Positions 46,388 to 56,585 of a stretch of DNA of 64,000 bases are shown here, in pieces. The stretch is from the IMG/VR virus record IMGVR_UViG_3300009011_000001, positions 184,575-248,574 of that record, one strand, 5' to 3'. The translations under genes and the position numbers were made by a program. Below the pieces are notes generated by a model. The model saw nothing but the letters and a program-made list of their open reading frames with translations. It ran no database searches and had not been told where the DNA came from. How positions within the stretch are numbered: position 1 is the first letter of the stretch; the number at the start of each line of letters is the position of its first letter.

Positions 46388-48307
46388 ATGTCTATTGACA
46401 ACAAGTACGCTACAACTGTTATCGATGGTCTGGAAGTTACCATCCATTCCCTCTACAACCTCGTTGGCGGTAAGAAAGATCTCTTCACCTGCATGTTGCC
46501 GATGGAATTCGATTGCCGGACTGCGGAAGGCAAACCTTACGCCGGCGGGTCCATCAAGACCACTGAAATCACCGAGGGGATGGAGAAGTACGCCATCCAA
46601 AGCCGAGTCGAAAGTCCGTATTTCCGCAGGGCTTTGCTTATGTGGATTTCCGGACTGACTCCAGCTTCTGAAAGAAAGCGTCTGATGCCTAACATCCAAG
46701 ACATGGACGCAATCATTTATCAGTTGGCTCACGCTATCCGCACGAACGACGAAGACGATCTTCGCCATGGCCGGCTCTACGGCCAGAACCAGCATATGTT
46801 CGCCAAGCTGGAATTAAATAGCGCCTGGTCGCTGGCGATGTACAACGTTCGACCAGAAACATCCGAGATCCCCAACGACTTCAACATCAGAGAAGAAGAT
46901 GGGCCTTGGGGGACCTGGACGATTCGTACTGGTGGTCTGCGTGACAATATCGAAGGTACGTTCCAGTTGGTTCACAAGCGCGTAGTGACCACGCAAGTGG
47001 CATCTGCCCGAATTCCGTTCGACTACACCGGTCGAATTGCCTATGCCGATCAGATCGAACTCAATCGTTGGTTACGCGACGAGTTCTTCAAACGCTGGGG
47101 TCGTCTGTTGTCGCCTACAGTCATGGAAACTCTGAAGTTCAAATTCGACGAGAATTGCATTGACGTCAGAAAAGCTCCGGTGGCTAAAGCAATAAATGCG
47201 CCTGGGTTCATTAACCCTCGTACCTGCTCGGTGATTGAAGAACTGGCGCCACTCATGTGGATGGTGACGGACGACCTGATTTGCCGCATTGATAAAATTA
47301 CAGACTGCCGAGGCGTTCGGCCAGGACTGTACCACATTGACGCAACAGACGAAGCTGGAAAGAAGGTTCATTTTGGGGTCGGCGGTCCTGACATTGTCGC
47401 CGATAAAGATCTGCAACGTCCGATTTACGAGTTCTCGCAAATCACCATCGATTCGCACCTGGCCAATGTGGGGTTAGAAGCGCACACGCGTCTCGACCGT
47501 CCAGTGCCTAAACATCCTCGGGCTATCCGTCATGTCGAAGAACTCACTCCGGGTACTTTGATCTGGCTGGATTCGCAATCGCACGAGGTTGAGAAGTACG
47601 AAGGTGTCGGTTGCCCAGATGACAATATCTGGCGTGTCCACGCTAGAACTGCCAAGAACATGGCACGTTCTTTCTACACCGGCAACTCCGAAAAGTTTAC
47701 TGCAGAGCAAGCGGCAGACGTTTACTACTACGGTGAAATTGTAGTCGATGGCGATGTAGCTGGAATATTCGTTCAGGACATGCGAGACATCGTGGCTGGT
47801 CGCGAACTACTTCTCGATGGTGAGTGGTGTGTCGTTGATCTTGTCGATCGCGAAAACCTGAATGAAGATGGGCCTGTATTGCGTCAAGTGTTTGTGGTTC
47901 GTCCCGATGGTACCACGCGCCCAATCGTCGTTGGCGATAACGCTCGTGTGCAACACGGTAAATCGAATGGCTACGATCTCAGTAGTCTGATGTACCGCCC
48001 GGCCAAACTTGCCGAAGAGGTTCGTCTCGTTGCTCTTGACAACATTGAACAACTGAAAATTGAGCAAAAGATCTGGATCGACACGGTGCCTTACAAAGTA
48101 GCGCGCTGGACTCGAACCAAGGATAATGCTCCAGGCGCTGGCGACGCCTGGGCGGTAACGCTCAAAGATGTCAGCGGCGACTTCATTGATATCGTTGTTG
48201 GCAATGGCGACCTTAGCGTGTACAAAAACTGCAAGACCTTCACGTTTGGTCAAATCGGGGTCGAATACACTCCGGTGAAGATCAACAAAGAGTTTGGCGA
48301 AGGCTAA
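46388..48307 (+). CDS. Large hypothetical protein with C-terminal KOW/SH3-like repeats
   Basis: EELTPGTLIWLD, RDIVAGRELLLDGEWCVV, EQLKIEQKIWIDTVPYKV. Confidence 0.8.
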   Translation: MSIDNKYATTVIDGLEVTIHSLYNLVGGKKDLFTCMLPMEFDCRTAEGKPYAGGSIKTTEITEGMEKYAIQSRVESPYFRRALLMWISGLTPASERKRLMPNIQDMDAIIYQLAHAIRTNDEDDLRHGRLYGQNQHMFAKLELNSAWSLAMYNVRPETSEIPNDFNIREEDGPWGTWTIRTGGLRDNIEGTFQLVHKRVVTTQVASARIPFDYTGRIAYADQIELNRWLRDEFFKRWGRLLSPTVMETLKFKFDENCIDVRKAPVAKAINAPGFINPRTCSVIEELAPLMWMVTDDLICRIDKITDCRGVRPGLYHIDATDEAGKKVHFGVGGPDIVADKDLQRPIYEFSQITIDSHLANVGLEAHTRLDRPVPKHPRAIRHVEELTPGTLIWLDSQSHEVEKYEGVGCPDDNIWRVHARTAKNMARSFYTGNSEKFTAEQAADVYYYGEIVVDGDVAGIFVQDMRDIVAGRELLLDGEWCVVDLVDRENLNEDGPVLRQVFVVRPDGTTRPIVVGDNARVQHGKSNGYDLSSLMYRPAKLAEEVRLVALDNIEQLKIEQKIWIDTVPYKVARWTRTKDNAPGAGDAWAVTLKDVSGDFIDIVVGNGDLSVYKNCKTFTFGQIGVEYTPVKINKEFGEG

Positions 48308-48313
48308 CTAAGA

Positions 48314-48363
48314 CAGCATACAGCCCGGCATTACGCCGGGCTGTATGTCTGCTTCTTTTTTTT
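48314..48363. terminator. Bidirectional hairpin-TATG terminator
   Basis: cagcatacagcccggc-attac-gccgggctgtatgtctg followed by poly-T. Confidence 0.8.
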
Positions 48364-48364
48364 G

Positions 48365-49102
48365 TCAGAAGTTCCTGACGTTGTTACCGATGAAGCCTTC
48401 GACCAGCAGGTTGGTTACGCGGTGGCAGCACTCAACACGCTGAATGGTGCCATCGGCGTTCATGTCCAGACCAGCATTCTGCGAGTAGGAAGTCGGCGAC
48501 TTGTCTTTGGACCACAGAACGAAGTCATCCGGCTTGCCAACGCCCGCAGGCCACAGGATCGACATGTACAGGTCACCCAGGTTGTTCACCTTACCGGCGT
48601 ACGGCGTGAAATACTTCTCGACGTATTCCAGTTGTTCCAGCACAGTCATCCGACCCAGACGTGCACACGCCTCGATACCAGCCTTCTTGCGCTGGTCGCT
48701 GGACATTGCCTGGATCTGTGCGGCCGTGTTGAAGTACACGATGGCGGTAGGCGGGATGAACTGAATCAGACCAGTAGCGCCGATGCTGTTCGTTTGAGCA
48801 GGACTGAAGGAACGACCCGTCTCGAAAGCCATGCAACCCATCACCCACTGAAGAGCCACTGCTGGCCAACGCAGGTTTGCAACCATCTGCTTGACGCGAG
48901 CGATCTCGGCGTCTTTGAACTTGTTGCCCCATGCCAGCTTGGTTACACCAAACGGTTTGGCAGCCTGCATGGACGAATTGAGCAAGCCTTCGAGAGCCAC
49001 TCGGGAACCATTGCCCCAAGCACCATCGATGCCCAGTGAGTAGAAACCCAAGGTCTTGAGCCAAGTCTGGGTTTGCATCACGGTACTTTTCTGATCAGCC
49101 AT
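48365..49102 (-). CDS. Modular endolysin: peptidoglycan-binding domain plus lytic transglycosylase-like domain
   Basis: Q..L..LGFY...IDG.WG N-terminus; catalytic FETG and GATGLIQF. Confidence 0.85.
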   Translation of the reverse strand: MADQKSTVMQTQTWLKTLGFYSLGIDGAWGNGSRVALEGLLNSSMQAAKPFGVTKLAWGNKFKDAEIARVKQMVANLRWPAVALQWVMGCMAFETGRSFSPAQTNSIGATGLIQFIPPTAIVYFNTAAQIQAMSSDQRKKAGIEACARLGRMTVLEQLEYVEKYFTPYAGKVNNLGDLYMSILWPAGVGKPDDFVLWSKDKSPTSYSQNAGLDMNADGTIQRVECCHRVTNLLVEGFIGNNVRNF

Positions 49103-49111
49103 TTTGCGCCT

Positions 49112-49735
49112 CTATTTCACTTTGAGAATGTTGAGTGCAATACGAACAGGGTCAAACTCGCCAACAGGCAAGGCGTCCTCGTCGATGTGCAGAAGCTCGC
49201 CATCCTTTTTGTAGTCGATGCCCAACAGTGCCGATGTGCGCGTCAAAGGCGCACCTGCAACAGCGTTGAACGTTGCGGTCAGCTCTACATCTTCCAGCCC
49301 GCACCACGACCCCATGGTTTTGACAAACACCTTCGCTTGATCGAACACGTTCTCGATCTCGGACCCTTCCAGCTTTGCGCCGTTCTCGCCGTGGTACCAC
49401 TTGAGGAAACTGTCGGTCGCCCAGTATTCCACCAAGATCGGTTCAAGGGCAGGGCCGCGCACCAGACGGTCAAACCACTCAGTGCCATCGGGAGCTTTCA
49501 AAAGCGTCCCTGAAGCGTATTCCTGAGCCGTTGTCGGCATTTGGCTGTACTGCATGACCTGATACTCCAAAACGCCCACAGCGGCGTTTGGGCCCCGTGA
49601 AACGTAACGAGCGGCGTGAATCCGCGCAGGTTTTGGAGCGTCTGGATAATGGATCAGAAACAAGCCACGATCCAGACCTTGATAAGGGTTGCTGGTTTGT
49701 ACGTTGACTGGCAACTCGGGTACAGGCTGAGACAT
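49112..49735 (-). CDS. Hypothetical protein
   Basis: GGAG SD, in the late operon. Confidence 0.75.
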   Translation of the reverse strand: MSQPVPELPVNVQTSNPYQGLDRGLFLIHYPDAPKPARIHAARYVSRGPNAAVGVLEYQVMQYSQMPTTAQEYASGTLLKAPDGTEWFDRLVRGPALEPILVEYWATDSFLKWYHGENGAKLEGSEIENVFDQAKVFVKTMGSWCGLEDVELTATFNAVAGAPLTRTSALLGIDYKKDGELLHIDEDALPVGEFDPVRIALNILKVK

Positions 49736-49750
49736 GAAAGACTCCAGAGA

Positions 49751-50488
49751 TTAAAGTGGACGCCACGCCGCAGACAGTCGGGTCGGGTTGTCGTAAGTGC
49801 CGCCCACGTAAGGGATAGCCGAACCAACAGCGTTCAGAGTCAGACGGAATGTTTCGATCCGCCAAACTGCGAAGAACTGTTTAGCGACGATGCCCGCTCC
49901 GTTTGTAGTGGCTTGACCAATGAACATGACCGATTCCGATTCAGGAGGCGAGTCAGCCCGCGCCTGATACGAAATATAACCAAACTGAATCCGCGCATAG
50001 ATGTTGAACGTCTTGTTTGCGGGAGCTGGGTCTGCAGCTGCGAGGTTAAGGGTCTGAGGCGGCATTCGGAAATAAGTACCACCAAGCGACACCTTAAAAT
50101 AGGAGCCACACGTTAAAACCCACCCATTCGCAGTCCACGCAGCATCCACTTGGGCATTCGTCAATTCATCGATGACGCCGTAGGTGGAGATGGGGAGTAC
50201 GGAGTTAGGGACCTTCTGAGCAAGACGCGCATTGATCGTTGCAACCGAATACGAGTCTTGCGTTTCGATGGTCTCTTGGTGTGGGTTGTCCTGACGGGCA
50301 ATGTGCGCCGCCAAGTCATCCCGAGCAGGTTTAAGCAAAGCAGTCCAATCGTAGGTCACGATCAGATCTGCGTCGTCCGCCTCGTTTGCGTTCTGCTTGT
50401 CCTTCGTCAAGAGGCGGATGATCTCTCGATGGTAGTCGCCGAAGAACTTCATGGCCAAGCGATACTTGGCCGTAATAGGACCTGACAT
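49751..50488 (-). CDS. Tail fibre-associated protein (phiKZ gp131-135-like family)
   Basis: HIARQDNPH, LPISTYG, C-terminal GSAIP..G...W. Confidence 0.7.
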   Translation of the reverse strand: MSGPITAKYRLAMKFFGDYHREIIRLLTKDKQNANEADDADLIVTYDWTALLKPARDDLAAHIARQDNPHQETIETQDSYSVATINARLAQKVPNSVLPISTYGVIDELTNAQVDAAWTANGWVLTCGSYFKVSLGGTYFRMPPQTLNLAAADPAPANKTFNIYARIQFGYISYQARADSPPESESVMFIGQATTNGAGIVAKQFFAVWRIETFRLTLNAVGSAIPYVGGTYDNPTRLSAAWRPL

Positions 50489-50499
50489 TTCCAATCCCC

Positions 50500-51192
50500 T
50501 TAGCTGAACCAGCCTGGCAAGATGTGACCCGGTGCAGCCTGAGTTCCCGTAGACACAGGAATAGACTGACCGTGAACATCGTAAGACAGACGGGCTGGGC
50601 CGAGTTTGACGCATGGGGTCAGGCTGACCGTGTAGGCACCAACCGATCCCGTGATGATCGCAGCCAAACAAACGGTCTCGCTTTCGGTATCGTTAGTTGC
50701 GATCACGAAAGTGGTTAGTCGGTTTGGCTGTTTGCCAGTTGTCGAGAACTTGATGTAAACCCGCGTTGCAACAGGAATGGTGAGGACCTGTGCTGCGTAG
50801 TTCACTTTACGGCCGTAGAAGATGATCGAGCCCGCAGCGATCGTGATCTGGTTACCCGCGATGCTGTAACTGATCGCCCGATAACGACTGAGAGGCACGG
50901 CATCTTTAGGGAAGTAGTTAGCCGCCAAGTTGCCGTACGTTTCAGTTGTCATCCCGCCCAATTGAGCAAGGGTGTTTTTGTGCGGGTTGTTCGGATCGTT
51001 CTCGTGCTTCTGAACCTCACCCCGGATGATGGCGATGAGGTCAGCCAAACTGTAGCCGTTGATCTTGGACGAGTTCAATGCGTGCCTGACGTCAACCGCA
51101 GACTGAACGAGCAGCCTTTTGATCTGCACCATGTACGCATCGAACTGGTTGACAAGCTCTTGAGAAATTTCTTCCTCTGTTGGATCTGCCAT
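50500..51192 (-). CDS. Tail fibre-associated protein (same family)
   Basis: HENDPNNPH..TLAQLG, VPLSRY, GQSIPVSTG...W. Confidence 0.7.
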   Translation of the reverse strand: MADPTEEEISQELVNQFDAYMVQIKRLLVQSAVDVRHALNSSKINGYSLADLIAIIRGEVQKHENDPNNPHKNTLAQLGGMTTETYGNLAANYFPKDAVPLSRYRAISYSIAGNQITIAAGSIIFYGRKVNYAAQVLTIPVATRVYIKFSTTGKQPNRLTTFVIATNDTESETVCLAAIITGSVGAYTVSLTPCVKLGPARLSYDVHGQSIPVSTGTQAAPGHILPGWFS

Positions 51193-51195
51193 GGG

Positions 51196-54105
51196 TTAGC
51201 TCCAGTTGAGGCGACCAGGACTGTTTGGAGTACCGGAGGTGAGAGGGATAGCCGAACCTTGCGACACACGACCCAGTTCCATTCCGCCGATGGCAACACG
51301 CTTCTCAACAGCAACGACGTTGATCCCCTCACCGTTGGTGGTGAAGTAGCCCAAGTAGAGCGCCGAATCTGCAGCAGGTGTTGCTGCTGACATTGGTACT
51401 ACCTGATAGGAAATCACACCGCTGCGTTTAACCAGCCAGACGTAGAAGGTTTTGTTACCATCCGTTGCCGGATTGAGTTCATACGTGGTCTGGTCGATCT
51501 GCGTGTAGCTGCCGTCAACCATGCACGGCGTTGGGTCGGAGAAATACACCGTCCACGCACTCACCGTCTTTTGAGAAATAATGACGATGGAGGTGTTGAC
51601 GTTGGTCAGTCGGTCATACAGCTGGTTGGTTGTAAACGCTGGGAAGTCTGACGTCGCCGCCAAAGTACCCAGCATTTTACTTCCGCAGTCAATTTGGCCA
51701 CGAGTGAACTCAGACGTCAGTACCATGAACAGGCCACGGTTGGGGAAGTTAACCCAACCCATTGGGGCAACGGTCCAATAGTCCCAGAACGACGACCCCT
51801 TAAATGCCCAGGTACCGTTGTAGGTCAGCATGTGCAACGACTTCTCGGTGTCGCCAGTGATTGTCATCACGATGCTTGGGCAAATACCCAGCACGAAACC
51901 GCCGTTTACTCGCCGGAACGCACTTTGGCCAGTTTCTTCATGCGGGCCAAGAGTAATGGCAGTGGTACCTGGACCATCCTGAATCTGCTGGACAAAACTA
52001 CCGGTCACAAGAGCCGCAGCATTCAGAGACTGCCGGTTGCCGGACGTGATGTTCACGCTATAGACAAAGCTGTAAACGCTGCGGTTAGCCGCGATGTACT
52101 GGCCAAAGACGAAGCACGGCAAATCGCCGTAGCGCTGAGGCAGATTGATTTCAAACATCATCGGCTGCGCTGCACCGCCCCAAAGTGCAATGCCTCGGGC
52201 CGCAAGGTTATTTCTGATCTGGTTGTACAGATCGTCCATGCACGCTTGCGTGGTGAAGATGCCACCACTGGTGTTCATGTCACGGTCGATATTGCCGCCC
52301 TTGATCCATTGACCGGTGCCGTAGGTGAAACGTCCAGCATGACACATGTAGCCACTAGGGTCGGATTCATTGACCATAGCGATCGTCGTAACTTCAGGTT
52401 TGCCCAACGAAGCCAACGTAACCCGGTTCAGCGTTGGTGCGAAACCACGGAAAGCAAAATTCCCAGTAACCGACGAGTACTGAAAGTTCGGTTCTCCGAC
52501 CAATTGCGATCGGACGCCGTAGCGACCATACGCACCATTCAGAGGCTTGATGTAGTTCCGGCAGACGATAACGTCCTCGCCGACGTTACCTGGGGCACTG
52601 AACGATACAGTCAGCGCACTACCGTGCCGGCCAGATACGTTGATGCCGCTATCAGTCGGTAGCGTGTCCGTACGCATATCGAGCCAGTCTTTCGGATCCA
52701 TGGTGGGTGGGCCAGGGAGTCGATAGAGTACGCGGTTCGAGAAATACGTCGTAGTGCCCCAATACCACGTCTGATTGAACTTTGTGGTGTAGAAGCTGTT
52801 ACAAGCCTGCCCACCAAAGAAGTTGATCCAAGACCGACCAGTGGTCGTTGGTCTCGCTGGAGCATCGCTCAGGACAAATGCCGAACCCGTGTAGTTACTC
52901 ACGAGTTTGGTGTTGTGGTACTTCGCAACGTCGATGACTTTGCTATCAGGAATCTCGAAAGTGAATGCACCGAGATAACCAATTTCCTGAATCACACCGT
53001 CGGTTGGTGCCAACTGCCAGTAAATCTGGTGAGTAAACAGCACTCGACCATCTTCACGGACCATCGTCATCCGACCAGGGGACGAAGCTGCAGGAATGTG
53101 GTTCGTGTGCGGCTGACCTACACGAATGAATGCGTCGTCGATGTTGTCGAAGATCTGAAGATCGTCACGAACAACTACACCCGCACCGCCGCGGTTGATC
53201 GTCCAACCGGTTACGCGCTCGACACCACTGAAGCTACCGGCGATGATGTTCGCCACAGGCATGCGCCAGACGCGATAACCCATTACGCCGATGGCGTCGA
53301 GGTTACAGAAGAAATAAGCCCAACCGTTTTTGATGTAGCCAGTCGGCACACCAAGCAACGACGAAGTCCACACCGGATGGAACACAACCTGGAAGATACT
53401 TCCCATCGGAACAAAGATACCGGTGTGCTTAGTCTGGTCCATGGTGTTGTTCGTGATCGACACGAAATAACCGGTTTGAACCAAGGTAGCCTTATCCACA
53501 ACGGTGCCGATGATCAAATCCTGAGTGCTGTTCAGGATGGCAAACGGTTTCATGCCCGCTGGGATGTAAGCTGGCGAGTACTGTACGTTTGACATGATCA
53601 GTTTGTTGAGATCTTCCGTCATGGCGTTGCGAAGATAGGCGTAGAACAAACCGGCAGTGTCACCGTCTGTACCGCTTCGCAGAATCATCAGCGTGCCGTT
53701 GTCTTCCAACATCATCGCAACATAACCCCAAGGAGTTGTGTTACTGCCCGATTCAAACGAACCAGTTACCGCTGGCGGAAGGAACTCACGGTCACCGTAG
53801 AACGAGAGAGGGATGTCGCTCTCTACGTCCAACAGCTGATCGAAGTTGTATTCAAACTGCGCCTTGGTGTAAGTGCCCAAGGTTTCAACGTTTACATCGT
53901 GAACGCCTTTACCCAACTGGCTGGTGTGTTTGGTCACCTCGTTACGAAGCGTTGCGATGACCTGAGGTGGGGTGAGGTTTTCGAGTTTGTCTGCAACGTC
54001 CGCGTGTGGCGATCGACCCGTTGCCTTGTTCAGTGCGATGACCAATTCATTTTTGAAATCGGTCATCCGCGCTTTAATCGTGGCGATGGTGGTATTAACC
54101 GACAT
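51196..54105 (-). CDS. Large tail fibre/receptor-binding protein (phiKZ gp131-like)
   Basis: PLSFYGD.EFLPP..GSFES, beta-rich body, GSAIPLTSG.P...W end. Confidence 0.75.
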   Translation of the reverse strand: MSVNTTIATIKARMTDFKNELVIALNKATGRSPHADVADKLENLTPPQVIATLRNEVTKHTSQLGKGVHDVNVETLGTYTKAQFEYNFDQLLDVESDIPLSFYGDREFLPPAVTGSFESGSNTTPWGYVAMMLEDNGTLMILRSGTDGDTAGLFYAYLRNAMTEDLNKLIMSNVQYSPAYIPAGMKPFAILNSTQDLIIGTVVDKATLVQTGYFVSITNNTMDQTKHTGIFVPMGSIFQVVFHPVWTSSLLGVPTGYIKNGWAYFFCNLDAIGVMGYRVWRMPVANIIAGSFSGVERVTGWTINRGGAGVVVRDDLQIFDNIDDAFIRVGQPHTNHIPAASSPGRMTMVREDGRVLFTHQIYWQLAPTDGVIQEIGYLGAFTFEIPDSKVIDVAKYHNTKLVSNYTGSAFVLSDAPARPTTTGRSWINFFGGQACNSFYTTKFNQTWYWGTTTYFSNRVLYRLPGPPTMDPKDWLDMRTDTLPTDSGINVSGRHGSALTVSFSAPGNVGEDVIVCRNYIKPLNGAYGRYGVRSQLVGEPNFQYSSVTGNFAFRGFAPTLNRVTLASLGKPEVTTIAMVNESDPSGYMCHAGRFTYGTGQWIKGGNIDRDMNTSGGIFTTQACMDDLYNQIRNNLAARGIALWGGAAQPMMFEINLPQRYGDLPCFVFGQYIAANRSVYSFVYSVNITSGNRQSLNAAALVTGSFVQQIQDGPGTTAITLGPHEETGQSAFRRVNGGFVLGICPSIVMTITGDTEKSLHMLTYNGTWAFKGSSFWDYWTVAPMGWVNFPNRGLFMVLTSEFTRGQIDCGSKMLGTLAATSDFPAFTTNQLYDRLTNVNTSIVIISQKTVSAWTVYFSDPTPCMVDGSYTQIDQTTYELNPATDGNKTFYVWLVKRSGVISYQVVPMSAATPAADSALYLGYFTTNGEGINVVAVEKRVAIGGMELGRVSQGSAIPLTSGTPNSPGRLNWS

Positions 54106-54127
54106 TACCTAAACTCCAGTTGATCGC

Positions 54128-54772
54128 TTATTGAATTGCAGCCAATTCTGCAGCGCCTGTCTGGAAGCACCCTGCGAGCTGCAGCGCGAAATTATCGAAC
54201 GCCTTGAACTTGTCGCGAATCTGCTGAATCAGCAATGCACGAGAAGCCATGTCGCCCTCACGGATCGCGGCTGCGATGTCGTAGTTCGACTCGATCAAAT
54301 ACTTCAGACCGTACAGATCGTAGATGTCGTGAAGGTGCGGTGCCGGTACAAACATCGACGGCACACCAACCAGATCGCCCCACGCCACTTGACGGTTGTC
54401 GTTCATCAGCGCTTCGAGCGCCTGCTTGATCGCGTAGTAGGAGTAGGAGAACTCGCCACCGACGTATTGGCAGGTGATCAGAATTTCAGTGCTGACATCA
54501 GGGTTGACGATTTGCACAGCTGTATAGACAGGCTGGCCAGCACGATCAACGGCTTCCTTGTATTTGTGGACAAGGCGATAGTCAGTGACCGGGACCAAGG
54601 TGCGGCCAGTAACTGCGTCAACGATAACAGCAGTGTTACCAAAGAACGGACCGTAGTCGGTGACAAAGATTCGGCCATTGCGAGTGCCGATCGTGTGCGC
54701 TTCACCATTGACCTTGTTGTCCGGGCTAGTGCCCAGCAAGTCCAACGGGTATTTGAAAATGGTATTCGCCAT
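54128..54772 (-). CDS. Virion structural (baseplate/fibre attachment) protein
   Basis: YPLDLLGTSPDNKV, YVGGE, P.PHLHDI; paralog of 55541. Confidence 0.7.
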   Translation of the reverse strand: MANTIFKYPLDLLGTSPDNKVNGEAHTIGTRNGRIFVTDYGPFFGNTAVIVDAVTGRTLVPVTDYRLVHKYKEAVDRAGQPVYTAVQIVNPDVSTEILITCQYVGGEFSYSYYAIKQALEALMNDNRQVAWGDLVGVPSMFVPAPHLHDIYDLYGLKYLIESNYDIAAAIREGDMASRALLIQQIRDKFKAFDNFALQLAGCFQTGAAELAAIQ

Positions 54773-54794
54773 GACGAGAACCTTTTAAAGAATG

Positions 54795-55544
54795 TTAGAC
54801 AGTAAGACCGAGAACGGCTCCGCGCTTGGTGAACTTGACTTTGGCAATCCCTACGATCGCACGACCAGACACCTGACCGGCTGCACCGTAGTTTGCAATC
54901 GGCCCAAGGTACGGACCACATGCTGGATAGTAAGTCGGCTTGCCATCCGGCCCTGTGACTGTACCGCCCTGCCACGAATGTCCGACGAAACCAGGAGTGC
55001 CGGGCGCGCCATCGAAACCGATATCGCCACCACGCCCGCCGGTGCCGCCCTTAGCACCAGAGTCGGCAGCCTGAGTACCAGCGATGCCATCTTGGGCATC
55101 GACAAAGACAGCACCTTGCATGCCAGCACCACGACCACCGGCACCGGCAGGCACGACTGTTCCGTAATTACAGGTCCAGTTGGCAAACCCACCGGTGGAG
55201 CCATTACCACCGTTACCGCCACGACCGCCGCCACCGGCGATGGTGCCTTGGTTATCGATGTCGGTGAGGAACCCTACGTTCAAGGCATCGCCCCCACCAG
55301 AGTTGCCAACGATCATTCCTTTATTGACAAGGAAGACGTGGCTATCGGTAGGAGCGCTGTCGAAGTTCAGGTTACCAACATGGACGCCTGGATAGACAGT
55401 CACAGTGACGATAGCTTTACGGGTCACGTTCAGTGCGGCCAAGGCAGTGGACATTTTCCAACCCGAGGCTGTGTCGACTTTGAAATCGACGTCTACCTTG
55501 ATGAACGTATCGGTTTGTGCCTGCTTCCTCAGCCCACTTCTCAT
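54795..55544 (-). CDS. Glycine-rich adhesin, T-even gp38-like polyglycine type
   Basis: NKGMIVG..GGGDAL..IDNQGTIAGGGGRGG and further Gly motifs; ATGA overlap with 55541. Confidence 0.6.
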   Translation of the reverse strand: MRSGLRKQAQTDTFIKVDVDFKVDTASGWKMSTALAALNVTRKAIVTVTVYPGVHVGNLNFDSAPTDSHVFLVNKGMIVGNSGGGDALNVGFLTDIDNQGTIAGGGGRGGNGGNGSTGGFANWTCNYGTVVPAGAGGRGAGMQGAVFVDAQDGIAGTQAADSGAKGGTGGRGGDIGFDGAPGTPGFVGHSWQGGTVTGPDGKPTYYPACGPYLGPIANYGAAGQVSGRAIVGIAKVKFTKRGAVLGLTV

Positions 55545-56506
55545 GTCATGCTCCGAATAGGCGTTACGTCGATGTGATCGCTGAACAGAGCCAGAACCAG
55601 TTTGTCGATACCGCCAGTGGTCAACGCCTTGTCGCCATACGGCCAACGAGTGCCAGCCGGGAACGTCATGGCAAAGTTACCGCCATTGGTCAGCATGATC
55701 TCGATGTAACGTGCAGCATCCGGCAGGCTTGGGCGGTTGGTGAAAACGAAGTTGATCGGACCAGTCGCTTGGAAACGGAAGACTTCCGCAGCCAAGCAGT
55801 CAATGGACACCGTACCGGTCACGCTGGTAACGGGTTTAACTTTCTCGAACGGTTGAGATTCGAGGATCTGATCGACCTGATCGCGGGTGTAGTACTCTTC
55901 CAGCAGGATCGGAGGATTATCCAGCCAGTCCTGAGTCCGTTCACGGATAGCAGCAGAGATGTCGTAGTTAGCAGCGATCAGCTCTTTTGCACCAGTGACG
56001 TCAGTGATGTCATGGTCATGCGGCAACGGCGGGAAGACGTTTGGCTTGTCGCTGACTTCTTCGTACGACAGAGTACGAGGGTCTGCCAAACGGTTCGAGA
56101 TGATCTCGAGGATCTTGTTCTCGTTGATGGTCCATTCGCCACCAAGAGTCTGGTATTCGACGAACTCAACCTGACCGGCCAAAGTCCGATCGTAGAACAT
56201 GATCGAACCCCAGATACCACCGCGAGTACCTTCGGTTTCGTACGTGGCGCCAATGAACTTATGACCGACAGTCCAGTCAGTCCCGCGGTTCAGAATCCGC
56301 CCAGTGGTGATGTGTTTAAGCACCACACTGTCACGGTAGAACGGCGCAGCGAAAGGCATGATGTAGTGAAAAGTGATTTCACCGTCCATCTCTTCTGGAG
56401 GTGGTGGTGGATTGAGCGTTTGTCTCTCGTTGACCACCTTGTTGGTGGCTGCCCGACCAGTGATATCAAGCGGGTACAGATAGTCGGTGACGTCTTCGCC
56501 AGCCAT
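55541..56506 (-). CDS. Virion structural protein with C-terminal fibre-tip-like domain
   Basis: YPLDITGRAATNKV, YQTLGG, FPPLPHDHD; C-terminal TFPAGTRW...LTTGGID. Confidence 0.7.
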   Translation of the reverse strand: MAGEDVTDYLYPLDITGRAATNKVVNERQTLNPPPPPEEMDGEITFHYIMPFAAPFYRDSVVLKHITTGRILNRGTDWTVGHKFIGATYETEGTRGGIWGSIMFYDRTLAGQVEFVEYQTLGGEWTINENKILEIISNRLADPRTLSYEEVSDKPNVFPPLPHDHDITDVTGAKELIAANYDISAAIRERTQDWLDNPPILLEEYYTRDQVDQILESQPFEKVKPVTSVTGTVSIDCLAAEVFRFQATGPINFVFTNRPSLPDAARYIEIMLTNGGNFAMTFPAGTRWPYGDKALTTGGIDKLVLALFSDHIDVTPIRSMT

Positions 56507-56585
56507 CGTTGAGTCTCCATTGAAAATATGGGTCTCTGCGCCGGTTAGACGCTGAGCATATTATTTTTTGACAAGGTAGGTACAT

